Source: Eledone cirrhosa
Taxonomy: Eukaryota
Direction: 5' to 3'
Length of the DNA stretch: 64,000 nt
Assembly (NCBI GenBank): GCA_964016885.1
Contig: OZ024765.1
Coordinates: 18,228,001-18,292,000, forward strand
The position numbers and the translations under genes are program-made. Positions 29,250 to 43,341 of the stretch are shown here, in pieces; position 1 is the stretch's first letter, and each line of letters starts with the position of its first letter. The notes under the pieces were generated by a model, which was not told the origin of the DNA, ran no database searches, and worked only from the letters and a program-made list of their open reading frames with translations.

Positions 29250-32200
29250 TTTTAATTTTGCGGAGAAAGAACCAGTGGGCAAGTATTTATGGCTTTTACA
29301 GGCTCTCTTGGACTTGTGTGAGATTTGATGTCGTATTAACTCTGCAGAGGAAGGACCAGTTGGCAAGTACTTATGGCTTTCACAGGCTCTCTTGGACTTG
29401 TGTGAGATGTGATGCCGTATTAACTCTGCAGAGGAAGGACCAGTTGGCAATACTTATGGCTTTCACAGGCTCTCTTGGACTTGTGTGAGATTTGATGCCG
29501 TATTAACTCTGCAGAGGAAGGACCAGTTGGCAATACTTATGGCTTTTACAGGCTCTCTTGGACTTGTGTGAGATTTGATGCCGTATTAACTCTGCAGAGG
29601 AAGGAGCAGTTGGCAAGTACTTATGGCTTTCACGGGCTCTCTTGGACTTGTGTGAGATTTGATGCCGTATTAACTCTGCAGAGGAAGGACCAGTTGGTAA
29701 TACTTATGGCTTTTACAGGCTCTCTTGGACTTGTGTGAGATTTGATGCCGTATTAACTCTGCAGAGGAAGGAGCAGTTGGCAAGTACTTATGGCTTTCAC
29801 GGGCTCTCTTGGACTTGTGTGAGATTTGATGCCGTATTAACTCTGCAGAGGAAGGACCAGTTGGCAATACTTATGGCTTTTACAGGCTCTCTTGGACTTG
29901 TGTGAGATTTGATGCCGTATTAACTCTGCAGAGGAAGGAGCAGTTGGCAAGTACTTATGGCTTTCACAGGCTCTCTTGGACTTGTGTGAGATTTGATGCC
30001 GTATTAACTCTGCAGAGGAAGGACCAGTTGGCAATACTTATGGCTTTCACAGGCTCTCCTGGACTTGTGCGAGATTTGATGCCGTATTAACTCTGCAGAG
30101 GAAGGACCAGTTGGCAATACTTATGGCTTTTACAGGCTCTCTTGGACTTGTGTGAGATTTGATGCCGTATTAACTCTGCAGAGGAAGGACCAGTTGGCAA
30201 TACTTATGGCTTTCACAGGCTCTCTTGGACTTGTGTAAGATTTGATGCCGTATTAACTCTGCAGAGGAAGGACCAGTTGGCAAGTACTTATGGCTTTCAC
30301 AGGTCCTCTTGGACTTGTGTGAGATTTGATGCCGTATTAACTCTGCAGAGGAAGGACCAGTTGGCAATATTTATGGCTTTTACAGGCTCTCTTGGTTTTG
30401 TGTGAGATTTGATGCCGTATTAACTCTGCAGAGGAAGGACCAGTTGGCAATACTTATGGCTTTCACAGGCTCTCTTGGACTTGTGTAAGATTTGATGCCG
30501 TATTAACTCTGCAGAGGAAGGACCAGTTGGCAATACTTATGGCTTTCACAGGCTCTCTTGGACTTGTGTGAGATTTGATGCCGTATTAACTCTGCAGAGG
30601 AAGGACCAGTTGGCAATACTTATGGCTTTCACAGGCTCTCTTGGACTTGTGTGAGATTTGATGCCGTATTAACTCTGCAGAGGAAGGACCAGTTGGCAAT
30701 ACTTATGGCTTTCACAGGCTCTCTTGGACTTGTGTGAGATTTGATGCCGTATTAACTCTGCAGAGGAAGGACCAGTTGGCAAGTACTTATGGCTTTCACA
30801 GGTCCTCTTGGACTTGTGTGAGATTTGATGCCGTATTAACTCTGCAGAGGAAGGACCAGTTGGCAATATTTATGGCTTTTACAGGCTCTCTTGGTTTTGT
30901 GTGAGATTTGATGCCGTATTAACTCTGCAGAGGAAGGACCAGTTGGCAATACTTATGGCTTTCACAGGCTCTCTTGGACTTGTGTAAGATTTGATGCCGT
31001 ATTAACTCTGCAGAGGAAGGACCAGTTGGCAATACTTATGGCTTTCACAGGCTCTCTTGGACTTGTGTGAGATTTGATGCCGTATTAACTCTGCAGAGGA
31101 AGGACCAGTTGGCAATACTTATGGCTTTCACAGGCTCTCTTGGACTTGTGTGAGATTTGATGCCGTATTAACTCTGCAGAGGAAGGACCAGTTGGCAATA
31201 CTTATGGCTTTCACAGGCTCTCTTGGACTTGTGTGAGATTTGATGCCGTATTAACTCTGCAGAGGAAGGACCAGTTGGCAATACTTATGGCTTTCACAGG
31301 CTCTCTTGGACTTGTGTGAGATTTGATGCCGTATTAACTCTGCAGAGGAAGGACCAGTTGGCAATACTTATGGCTTTCACAGGCTCTCTTGGACTTGTGT
31401 GAGATTTGATGCCGTATTAACTCTGCAGAGGAAGGACCAGTTGGCAATACTTATGGCTTTCACAGGCTCTCTTGGACTTGTGTGAGATTTGATGCCGTAT
31501 TAACTCTGCAGAGGAAGGACCAGTTGGCAATACTTATGGCTTTCACAGGCTCTCTTGGACTTGTGTGAGATTTGATGCCGTATTAACTCTGCAGAGGAAG
31601 GACCAGTTGGCAATACTTATGGCTTTCACAGGCTCTCTTGGTTTTGTGTGAGATTTGATGCCGTATTAACTCTGCAGAGGAAGGACCAGTTGGCAATACT
31701 TATGGCTTTCACAGGCTCTCTTGGACTTGTGTGAGATTTGATGCCGTATTAACTCTGCAGAGGAAGGACCAGTTGGCAATACTTATGGCTTTCACAGGCT
31801 CTCTTGGACTTGTGTGAGATTTGATGCCGTATTAACTCTGCAGAGGAAGGACCAGTTGGCAATACTTATGGCTTTCACAGGCTCTCTTGGACTTGTGTGA
31901 GATTTGATGCCGTATTAACTCTGCAGAGCAAGGACCAGTTGGCAATACTTATGGCTTTCACAGGCTCTCTTGGACTTGTGTGAGATTTGATGCCGTATTA
32001 ACTCTGCAGAGGAAGGACCAGTTAGCAATACTTATGGCTTTCACAGGCTCTCTTGGACTTGTGTAAGATTTGATGCCGTATTAACTCTGCAGAGGAAGGA
32101 CCAGTTAGCAATACTTATGGCTTTCACAGGCTCTCTTGGACTTGTGTGAGATTTGATGCCGTATTAACTCTGCAAGGAAGGACCAGTTGGCAATACTTAT

Positions 32201-33820
32201 GGCTTTCACAGGTCCTCTTGGACTTGTGTGAGATTTGATGCCGTATTAACTCTGCAGAGGAAGGACCAGTTGGCAATATTTATGGCTTTTACAGGCTCTC
32301 TTGGTTTTGTGTGAGATTTGATGCCGTATTAACTCTGCAGAGGAAGGACCAGTTGGCAATACTTATGGCTTTCACAGGCTCTCTTGGACTTGTGTAAGAT
32401 TTGATGCCGTATTAACTCTGCAGAGGAAGGACCAGTTGGCAATACTTATGGCTTTCACAGGCTCTCTTGGACTTGTGTGAGATTTGATGCCGTATTAACT
32501 CTGCAGAGGAAGGACCAGTTGGCAATACTTATGGCTTTCACAGGCTCTCTTGGACTTGTGTGAGATTTGATGCCGTATTAACTCTGCAGAGGAAGGACCA
32601 GTTGGCAATACTTATGGCTTTCACAGGCTCTCTTGGACTTGTGTGAGATTTGATGCCGTATTAACTCTGCAGAGCAAGGACCAGTTGGCAATACTTATGG
32701 CTTTCACAGGCTCTCTTGGACTTGTGTGAGATTTGATGCCGTATTAACTCTGCAGAGGAAGGACCAGTTGGCAATACTTATGGCTTTCACAGGCTCTCTT
32801 GGACTTGTGTGAGATTTGATGCCGTATTAACTCTGCAGAGGAAGGACCAGTTGGCAATACTTATGGCTTTCACAGGCTCTCTTGGTTTTGTGTGAGATTT
32901 GATGCCGTATTAACTCTGCAGAGGAAGGACCAGTTGGCAATACTTATGGCTTTCACAGGCTCTCTTGGACTTGTGTGAGATTTGATGCCGTATTAACTCT
33001 GCAGAGGAAGGACCAGTTGGCAATACTTATGGCTTTCACAGGCTCTCTTGGACTTGTGTGAGATTTGATGCCGTATTAACTCTGCAGAGGAAGGACCAGT
33101 TGGCAATACTTATGGCTTTCACAGGTCCTCTTGGACTTGTGTGAGATTTGATGCCGTATTAACTCTGCAGAGAAAGGACCAGTTGGCAATAGTTATGGCT
33201 TTCACAGGCTCTCTTGGACATGTGTGAGATTTGATGTCGTATTAACTCTGCAGAGGAAGGACCAGTTGGAAAGTACTTATGGCTTTCACAGGCTCTCTTG
33301 GACTTGTGTGAGATTTGATGCCGTTTAACTCCGCAGAGGAAGGACCAGTTGGCAAGTACTTATGGCTTTCACAGGCTCTCTTGGACTTGTGTGAGATTTT
33401 ATGCCGTATTAACTCTGCAGAGGAAGGACCAGTTAGCAATACTTATGGCTTTCACAGGCTCTCTTGGACTTGTGTGAGATTTTATGCCGTATCAACTCTG
33501 CAGAGGAAGGACCAGTTGGAAAGTACTTATGGCTTTCACAGGCTCTCTTGGACTTGTGTGAGATTTGATGCCGTATTAACTCTGCAGAGGAAGGACCAGT
33601 TAGCAATACTTATGGCTTTTACAGGCCCTCTTGGACTTGTGTGAGATTTGATACTAGATTAATTATGTGGGAAAAGGACCAGTGGGTAAGTGCTTAAAGC
33701 TTTCACAGGCCCTCTTGGTCTTTTGTGAAATTTAATCCCGTATTAATTCTGTGGAAGAAGGATCATTGAGCAAGTGATTATGGCTTTCACAGGCGCTCTT
33801 GGACCTGATTTGATGCCGTA
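29250..33820. repeat. 83/84-bp tandem repeat, ~54 copies
   Basis: Unit gcagaggaaggaccagttggcaa(g)tacttatggc...gtattaactct. Confidence 0.95.
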
Positions 33821-33944
33821 GATGTTCTGGCGTAGATGAAATGGGTAGGCAGGGGTCTGCCAAATGGGCGACGTTTTTTGCGGAGTGGACTGGGCGTAGT
33901 AGTTATTGCGGAACGGGGAGGGCTTCTGTGTGAGAAAGAGACAT

Positions 33945-34312
33945 AGAAAGAAAGAAAAAAGGAGTAATAAAAGAAGAGCGAGGGCGTGGGGGAGAGGATA
34001 TAGGCGAAATGGGAGCGGAAGAAAAATCGGAGAGAGAAAAAGAAACAAATAAACATAGAGAGAGCAAAAGAAAGAAAGAAAGAAAGAAGGAAAGAATGAA
34101 AGAAAGAAAGAAAGAAAGAAGCAAGGAAAGAATGAAAGAAAGAAGGAAAGAAAGAAAGAAAGAAAGAAAGAAGGAAAGAAGGAAAGAAAGAAAGAAGGAA
34201 AGAATGAAAGAAAGAAAGAAGCAAGGAAAGAATGAAAGAAAGAAAGAAGGAAAGAATGAAAGAAAGAAAGAAAGAAAGAAGCAAGGAAAGAATGAAAGAA
34301 AGAAAGTAAAGA
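33945..34312. repeat. (AAAG)n-rich purine tract
   Basis: Direct inspection. Confidence 0.9.
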
Positions 34313-34317
34313 AGTAC

Positions 34318-34410
34318 CAGGAATTCTTTCAGAGAACGTTGTTCGGTGTTTTCTAAGTAAGAATGAATGTATCGAGAATTTTCACTTCTTTCGTAGGCGT
34401 CAATCAGAGC
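34318..34410 (-). CDS. white: ABCG linker exon: [31 protein letters not shown]
   Basis: Acceptor ttccag, donor gtactt; 93 nt, phase 0/0; LIDAY matches the ICDxF/Y helix. Confidence 0.8.
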
Positions 34411-34605
34411 CTGGAATTAAAGGATAAGATATTAAATGAGGGAGTGTCTGTAATTCGCTACAGAACAAATATAGTCAGGGACCCCATGGATAAAGCGTCT
34501 TGTTTTTGTTTTTGTTTTTCTTTCTACCCCCCATCCCTCAGGCTTTCATCTCTGATGTTTCTGTTGTTCGCAGTGAGAGATAAACAGGCATATATTCAAT
34601 GCATA

Positions 34606-34732
<127 letters not shown>

Positions 34733-34977
34733 ATTTAAAACTGCACTATCCACAAGTGTTTTTTAGCCTTCATATCATGTTCTCCTGTTTTATCTGATGA
34801 AAACACAAATATTATTGCATGATGATGTTTGTTTTTGAAATGCGCACAATAAAATACATGGATCTCCTTTAACCATCTTTTGATCTTATATATATATATA
34901 TATATATATATACCTATCTACGTAGGTGTGTATTTATGTATGTATGTATGCATCTGTATATATATATATATATTTAT

Positions 34978-35708
<731 letters not shown>

Positions 35709-35761
35709 ACATATATACATATATACATATATATATATATGTATGTATCTATCTATCTCTT

Positions 35762-35835
<74 letters not shown>

Positions 35836-36059
35836 TGTGTATATATATGTATACGTATGTATGTATACATGTGTGTGTGTATGTATGTGCCTGTTTGTGT
35901 GTATATAGAAGAGTGTCGGTGTTGAAATCTTTCAGTCTTTGATGTTGTTAAACCAGGATATTCTTTGTCCGCCTCTCCTTCACCCTCTCTCACGCAAAAT
36001 ACAATAATAACGTGTTTATATTTATTTACACTTTCACAGCGGGGGTTATAATTTATTTT

Positions 36060-36600
36060 GTACGAGGATCGACTGAAAAGTTCATAGACTGACCAAGATA
36101 CTCTCATGGAATAACCAAATAAGGTTTACTTTTCAATATAGTCCCTAGAAAGACATAATGTAGTTATTAATAAGAAGAGTTGACATTTATACAAGGAAGA
36201 TTGCATAGCTCTAGCATCACTTCTTCATGGATTGACTAAATGAGGTTTATTTTTCAATATATTCCAGTATTGCACAGCTCTAGCATTACTGCTTCATAGA
36301 CTGACCAAGATACTGTCATGGAATGACCAAATGAAGTTTAATTTCTAATATATTCCATGGAAAAATGGAATGCAGTTATTAATAAGAAGAGTTGAAATTG
36401 ATACATACAAGATTTCACAGCTCTAGCATCACTCCTTCATAGACTGACCAAGATACTGTCATGGAATGACCAAAGGAAGTTTAATTTGTAATATATTGCA
36501 TGGAAAGAAGCAATGCAGTTATTAATAAAAATAGTTGAAATTAATGAATGAAAGATTTCACAGCCCTAGCATCACACCATCATAGTCAGCCTATGAAGGA
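36060..36600. mobile_element. Mariner-like end followed by a degenerate ~130-bp internal tandem repeat
   Basis: tacgaggatcgactgaaaagttc start; repeated gactgaccaagatact(c/g)tcatggaat. Confidence 0.45.
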
Positions 36601-36691
36601 TTCAGCCTAACCTTGCAGACATTGTTTGTTTTTTTAACTGTCAATTAAGGAAGTGGGGTGTCTATGGCCCCTTTTGGGACCCAGAGATTAC

Positions 36692-36794
36692 CTCACTTCT
36701 TGCGTAATAATCATCTTCTTGGTCCGGGATGAGGGAGAGATTATCAAGATAGAAATCAGCAGGATTATAATTAGTTGGACAATGAAGTCCACAC
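36692..36794 (-). CDS. white: ABCG exon: (Q)CGLHCPTNYNPADFYLDNLSLIPDQEDDYYARSE
   Basis: Acceptor attcag, donor gtaatc; 103 nt; CPxNYNPADF is typical of white-family transporters. Confidence 0.93.
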
Positions 36795-37194
36795 CTGAAT
36801 AGATAAAGAAAAAAAAGAAAAAACGAATATGTAAAACACGAATGGATCTGTTAGTTTTCTCTAAAGACATTTTTTTCTGATTCCGCCCAGCCCGTCCCTT
36901 CAATCTTTCTAATTTCTTATTCTTTCGTCTGATGAAGGACTAGCGTCCGAAATGTTAAGACCCTCTTCCTGCTATTTCAAGTGTTCACCTAATATATTCC
37001 TTCTAAATATTGTACCGATTGAGTTGTTATTTCTGTTTACCTTTACACACACACACACACACACACACAAAACGCCAGCACCAACAGTTTTGCAAGAGAT
37101 GTCAACATGAATGGACCTGTTATTTTTCACTAAAAACATTTATTTTCCAATTCCAACCCGCCCGTCCCCTCAATCTATCTTAATTCTCATTCTC

Positions 37195-37230
37195 TCTTCT
37201 GATGAAAGACTAGCGCCCGAAACGTCAAGA
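37195..37230 (+). ncRNA. Minimal hammerhead in a ~165-bp element ending at (CA)n/(TA)n; sisters 36925-36960 and 51794-51828
   Basis: tctt-CTGATGA-stem II-GAAA-CGTC-aaga; the 36925 copy has perfect stem II ggac/gtcc. Confidence 0.7.
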
Positions 37231-37318
37231 CCCTCTTCCTGCTATATCAAGCGTTAACCTAATATATGCCTTCCACATACTGTACCGATTGTGCTGTTAT
37301 TATTTCTGTTTACCTTTT

Positions 37319-37357
<39 letters not shown>

Positions 37358-37585
37358 AATATATGAGGTTATAGTTCACTATTTTCATTGGTATGATGAG
37401 TTAAGGTCAATAATACTAATCCTTGTATTGAATTTTGAATTATATATCTATATATGTATATATATAGGCAAAAGTGATATTTATTTTGCTGGTAATTCAA
37501 CAAATATAGATGTTTAAAACTGATTCAAAGCACTCGACAGATTTTCTGGAGTATAATAGCTATAAATAGTTCCTTTAATGTTGAG

Positions 37586-37630
<45 letters not shown>

Positions 37631-37788
37631 ATGTTGAAAAGGTAACACTCTAGAGAGAGATAGTGCGCCATCAATAAAACGGAAAAACCACCAGTGTATG
37701 GAATCTATAACCTATGAAAGGCAGAGTAGACACACGATAATTAAAAATATTAATTAAAGTGTAAATACGTACCTCTATAACTATATAA

Positions 37789-37870
37789 CACACGGGTACA
37801 AATCCAAAGATATCTGTTTCGCCAATAATTTGTTGACAGAAATAAATAGCCCATGGTTCATCAGCGTGTG
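37789..37870 (-). ncRNA. Hammerhead-like motif
   Basis: cacacg-CTGATGA-...-GAAA-caga..tttg-TA-cc-cgtgtg. Confidence 0.5.
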
Positions 37871-38071
37871 TAAGGCTATACATTTCAGACAACTCTAAGA
37901 GAATTTAAAGCGACTGTCCAGCTATACGTGGGAGAGAGAAGTCACAGCGTATTTAGGGCAGGGAACCAGTGGTGTCTGAGGGACCAGCTGCTAGAAAGGG
38001 CAGCCCAAAACTCCTCAGAGGAGTGTGCTCAACCAAACAGAGAGAAAGGAAAGACTGTTATAAGGAGCGAA

Positions 38072-38163
38072 ATATCACGATAGATTAACGGAACCATAGA
38101 CTCTCGCTATTCCCTGTCAATATTGACAGGGAATAGCGAGAGTCTATGGCTCCGTTAATCTAT

Positions 38164-38170
<7 letters not shown>
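38072..38170. repeat. Near-perfect ~100-bp palindrome abutting (TA)n
   Basis: Centre ...ccctgtcaat|attgacaggg... Confidence 0.9.
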
Positions 38171-38211
<41 letters not shown>

Positions 38212-38759
38212 GTGAGGTTTATTTTACAGAATGAAAAATAACCGAGGTGTCCTACACGAGTGAAAGTATGAAGAAAAAAAGATGAAATCGAAAATGCAAC
38301 TGGAGTCTTATTTTTTTAAATATATATATATTTATTTGGTTCCTTTACCGGTTTCGCAGTTCTTCTGCTTTTGAGTAGAGTTGAGATGGAGGGTCTGTGG
38401 TTTTTCTCACATGTGAGAAAAACCACAGACCCTCCATCTCAACTCTACTTTTGAAAAGCAGAACTGCGAAACCGGTAAAGGAACCAAATAAATATATATA
38501 TTTTTTTAAAAATAAGACTCCAGTTGCATTTTCGATTTCATCTTTTTTTTCTTTATATATATATATATATACATACATACATACATATACATTTTTTTTC
38601 AGTGTGGTCTATCCTTGGTGGTAGGGTCCGTACCGTAGATAGAACTCATTATAGTCTGATGGTGTATAATCCAGTGAAATCCATAGAAAGGGTCGGTGTT
38701 CCGTTAGGTAAAATAACTTGACTTTGTTGTTATTATTTTCATTGTTAATTTGATACCAA

Positions 38760-38843
<84 letters not shown>

Positions 38844-38974
38844 TTGAAGTTATAGTTAAACTTTCATTAGTTACCTACCTAGCTGTGTGTGCTTACACCC
38901 TTTACAAATTATCCCCTGTGATTGTTTCATGTGTTTATTTTAGATATACTTATATATGTCAATCAATTTCTAGT

Positions 38975-39019
<45 letters not shown>

Positions 39020-39020
<1 letters not shown>

Positions 39021-40630
39021 CGTTTTTCAATTTGTTTTGCAAAATTTTTTATCTGAAAATGTGTGTTGAAACAGATATTGTTATACTTTGGGAGGGTCAT
39101 GTTTCAATAATAACACACGCCCTTGTTGGATTTCACTTCAATTTATTATAAATTTCCAGTTGGTTGGTTTAATAACCAGATGGTTGTTTATTTATTGTCA
39201 AAGCTCTTTTGTCACGAGATAGTTGAAAGATCAGATATTCCCATAAAAACCCTAAATAGTTAAACATACCCATTTCAAAGATCCCCCTGTACTGATAGGA
39301 AATGCATAGTCTGCAAGCTAAGCCCGCAAACTAACTGCAAAACTAGGAACGTAGTATATAGCATAAGATGTACTGAGGGACAGTATAGGAATAAGAATAT
39401 AACATAACATAGGTGAGACAGCCTGTAGCATAGGAGAAGGGATAAGTGAACACTGGTGAGAACTCCAGGATGGTAATAACTCATCAGTACTCCACCAACA
39501 TACATAGGTGAGACAGCCTGTATCATAGGAGAAGGGATAAGTGAACACTGGTGAGAACTCCAGGATGGTAATAACTCATCAGTACTCCACCAACATACAT
39601 AGGTGAGACAGCCTGTAGCATAGGAGAAGGGATAAGTGAACACTGTCGAGAACTCCAGGATGGTAATAACTCATCAGTACTCCACCAACATACATAGGTG
39701 AAACAGCCCGTAGCATAGGAGAAGGGATAAGTGAACACTGGTGAGAACTCCAGGATGGTAATAACTCATCAGTACTCCACCAACATACATAGGTGAAACA
39801 GCCTGTATCATAGGAGAAGGGATAAGTGAACACTGGTGAGAACTCCAGGATGGTAATAACTCATCAGTACTCCACCAACATACATAGGTGAAACAGCCCG
39901 TAGCATAGGAGAAGGGATAAGTGAACACTGGTGAGAACTCCAGGATGGTAATAACTCATCAGTACTCCACCAACATACATAGGTGAAACAGCCTGTAGCA
40001 TAGGAGAAGGGATAAGTGAACACTGTCGAGAACTCCAGGTTGGGAAAAACTCATCAGTACTCCATAATAATTATGAAGAGCAAAGTGTCCTGTGTCTGGA
40101 TATAATTGTTGTCACTATGATAGGAAAAACTCATCAGTACTCCACCAACATGCCAAAATAGAACATAGTGGCACATTAGAGAACAGAAAAGATGCAATGC
40201 TCAGGAAAATCACAGAGGCAACAAATATAAACGAACTCCAACCAAAATTAAATAGAAAACATGAGTGGAATAGCAACATCACAACTAGTAATTAAGGACA
40301 AGATGAAGACATACAGACACACACAAAAACCAAACTAATTAAACAAATCAGACACACACAGACAGAACAAACAACCTGTTAGCGGCAAACAAATAAATAA
40401 AAACACAGTCACACACAGATGTAATGCATGCGCAAACTAAGCACACAACACACAACACACAAAAAATAGATGGTGTAGGACAGAACAAAGGAGAGATACA
40501 GAATAAAAACCTAATCACTAAGAAGGTCACAGAATGTGTGACGAAAGGGCTATGACAGTGTATAAACAACCATCCAGTTATCAAACAATCCAACCAACTG
40601 GTGCGTGTTTTTATTCTGCACATACCCAAG
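39020..40630 (+). mobile_element. Truncated Penelope-like element: GIY-YIG remnant with inverted termini and an internal 95-bp tandem amplification (~39408-40150)
   Basis: CIVC...NCKTRNVVYSIRC.../IGETACSI...SEH...VLHQH...LRKITEATNINELQPKLNRKHEW. Confidence 0.85.
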
Positions 40631-40732
40631 GCGCACAGGGCTGTGCTCGGTAAAGCAGTAATGATGCGTAATAAAAATGATAATGGAAATGATAATACTA
40701 ATAATGCGGCCGTCAATTTTACGAACACTTAC

Positions 40733-40804
40733 TGTTTGAATAAAACCATTGCGTCATTCGTGGGCCCCATAAACACCATTCTACCGTCTGCCATCAACAC
40801 GAGT
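40733..40804 (-). CDS. white: ABCG exon: (E)LVLMADGRMVFMGPTNDAMVLFK
   Basis: Acceptor ttgcag, donor gtaagt; 72 nt, phase 2/2. Confidence 0.93.
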
Positions 40805-41193
40805 CTGCAAGAAATAAGATCTATTACTCAGAGATGAAGACAGAAAGTTCAAATGAACTTAGTAGCAAAAATAACAGTAGTTCTCTCCCTTAGCAGTATC
40901 AGCAACAGTAAGTACGGCTTCGGAAGCATCCGATGATGTTGACCAGTTCTCCTTTTCGGGTAGTGTTTCCGATGCTCAGAGAGTGGGATTGGTCGAGTGC
41001 AATGCTTTTCTCCACTTAAGAAGCCTTAAAAAAACAGGCATTGCTTGTTCAGGATGTTACAGGTTCGTGTGTTTGGCAGTAGTATAAAAAGGCACCAAAC
41101 TCTATAACCTGACAAGTGATTGCAATACTCTTGGCAGAGTTTGCAGCCATCATCTATGTATGTGCGTATGAACATATATATGCATTCATGTAT

Positions 41194-41487
41194 GTTCTTC
41201 TGGTTTTATAATTTCACAAATTTTTCCCAATAATGAGAGAGTCGATTTCTAACATAGACACAAGACTCTCATTGGAATTTACACAACAACAACTAGGTAG
41301 ATATGTATGTATGCATGTGTAGATATGGATGTTATTTTATATGTGGATGTGGATGTGGATGTTTTCAGTTGTATGTGTGCATGTCTATATGCTTTGTATC
41401 TGTACATGTGTATATGCAGTTATTAGATGCAAAGGTTTTGGAATGTTTCACATAATTTTACTGTTCCATTAATGGATTGTACTTGTT
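41194..41487 (-). mobile_element. 3' end of an R4/Dong-like RLE LINE (same family as 58370-58920)
   Basis: Reverse-complement match to the ORF end and 3' UTR at 58655-58920. Confidence 0.7.
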
Positions 41488-43174
41488 GTATGTATGTATG
41501 CATGTATGTATTATGTCAGGTCATCAGTTGGTGCTACTGGTAACATGTATCCCAGTACAACCTCTCCGATGGTCGGGTCGTTGGCGACTAAACTGGCAAC
41601 CCCACCAAGGTTTCTTGGTGAGGAGGGTGACTTTGGACATCCTGCAGGACTAAAAACAAAACCTGTCAAAGGGCAAAGGAGCTCTTAAGAGTCAATGGCC
41701 ATCCAAAATCACCGGGAGAGATGACCCCTTAGCCTTTGTCAAGGCAGAATTCTAGGAGAAGGAAAACTCTGATATAACACCTGCAACCCTGATGGTATCC
41801 AATGATGTTGACTTGTTCTTCTTTTTGGTAAATATCATCTTGGTTAAGAGAGTGGGACTGGCTTTGTGCAGTGCCATTGCTTCACGGCACAGGCATTGCT
41901 TTATATCTGGAGATCTCTCTGCACTTGTCGTCACATGGTACCATGGGCCCAGCACTATGTGTCAATAATTGTCACAAGTGTAGTGTGTGTACCAGAGTTT
42001 TCAAGTCGCTGGCTCGACTAAAAAGTCACACTGGTTCAGCACATCAGTAGGGGTTTTTTCCTATATGGATATAAAGTAGTGGCCGTACTCGAAAAAGAGT
42101 TGGCAGCCACCATGTATATATGTGTGCATGTATGTATGCATGTATGTTATGTCGGGTCACTTTCGAGTGCTACTGGTACCATGTAACCCAGTACAACCTG
42201 CCGCATGGTCGGGTCGTCGGCGACTAAACCGGCAACCCCACCAAGTTTACTTGGTGAGGAGGGTGACTTTGGACATCATGCAGGACTAAAAACAAAACCT
42301 GACAAAGGGCGGAAGAACTCATAAGAGTCAACGGCCATCCAAAAATCTGTAAATATGTATATACATATCAATATATGTGTATATGTATATATGTATATAC
42401 ATGTATACATATGTGTATATATGCGCAGGGAATAGAAATAATCGGGCTGGACACCCGATCACGCGGTTAAACCACTGGGAGTGAAGGACCCCTACCCTTT
42501 GTCAAGGCATTCTTCTAGGAGAGTGCAACTCAGGAAACTGGGATAACTCCGGCATAAAAACCTGCGGCGTAGTAGTTACCGATGATGTTGATCTTTTCTT
42601 CTTTTCAGGTTATAGCTACTGTCTCTCAGAGAGTGGGATTGGCTCAGTGCACAGTCTTTCCTCTCTTTAAAAAAAATCTTAACGCACAGTCATTGCGTGA
42701 TGGCATTAATTAATTATTATTGATAATGGTATATCATGCAATGGCCATACTCGATAACGAGGGGGCAGCCATCATGTAAGTATGTATGTATATATGTATG
42801 TATGTATGTAAGTATGTCTGTATGTATATATATGTTTGTATGTATGCAGGTAGGTACGTAGGTAGGCGTGTATGTAGTTATGTATGTAGTTAGGTAGGTA
42901 TCGATCTATCTATGGATGAGTGACAGGGTGGGCAGGTTTATGGATGGCTGGATATCTGTATCGATTGACGGGTAGGCAGGTGTGTTTATAAATAGATGGG
43001 TGGATGAGTTCATGGGTGGCGGGCTGTCCGTGCGGATGTATGATTTATGGGTGAATATTTGGATGTATGGCTGGGTTTATGGATGCTAGTCCCCTGTTCT
43101 CTCAATCTCCACAAAACCGAAATCAACGAGTTATGTAACTAAAAGATCCAGAAGCTGGCAATCTCTCTACTTAC

Positions 43175-43341
43175 TCATCAAACATAGTAAATATCTCTGA
43201 AGATGGCTGGTGGATGGTTGAGACGATGGTTCGACCGCGGGAGGCCATGTTTTTCAGGACTTGTATAAGGTTTCTAGCTAAATAGGAATCAAGACCGGAA
43301 GTTGGTTCGTCCAGAAAGATGAGCGGGGGATCGGTCAAAAT
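43175..43341 (-). CDS. white: ABCG exon: [19 protein letters not shown]...[14 protein letters not shown] (Walker B, H-loop)
   Basis: Acceptor tttaag, donor gtaagt; 167 nt. Confidence 0.95.

Noticed and set aside
29250-33820. CRISPR-like appearance of the tandem arrays (also 3030, 26180, 43940)
   Set aside because: No unique spacers, no cas genes, eukaryotic context.
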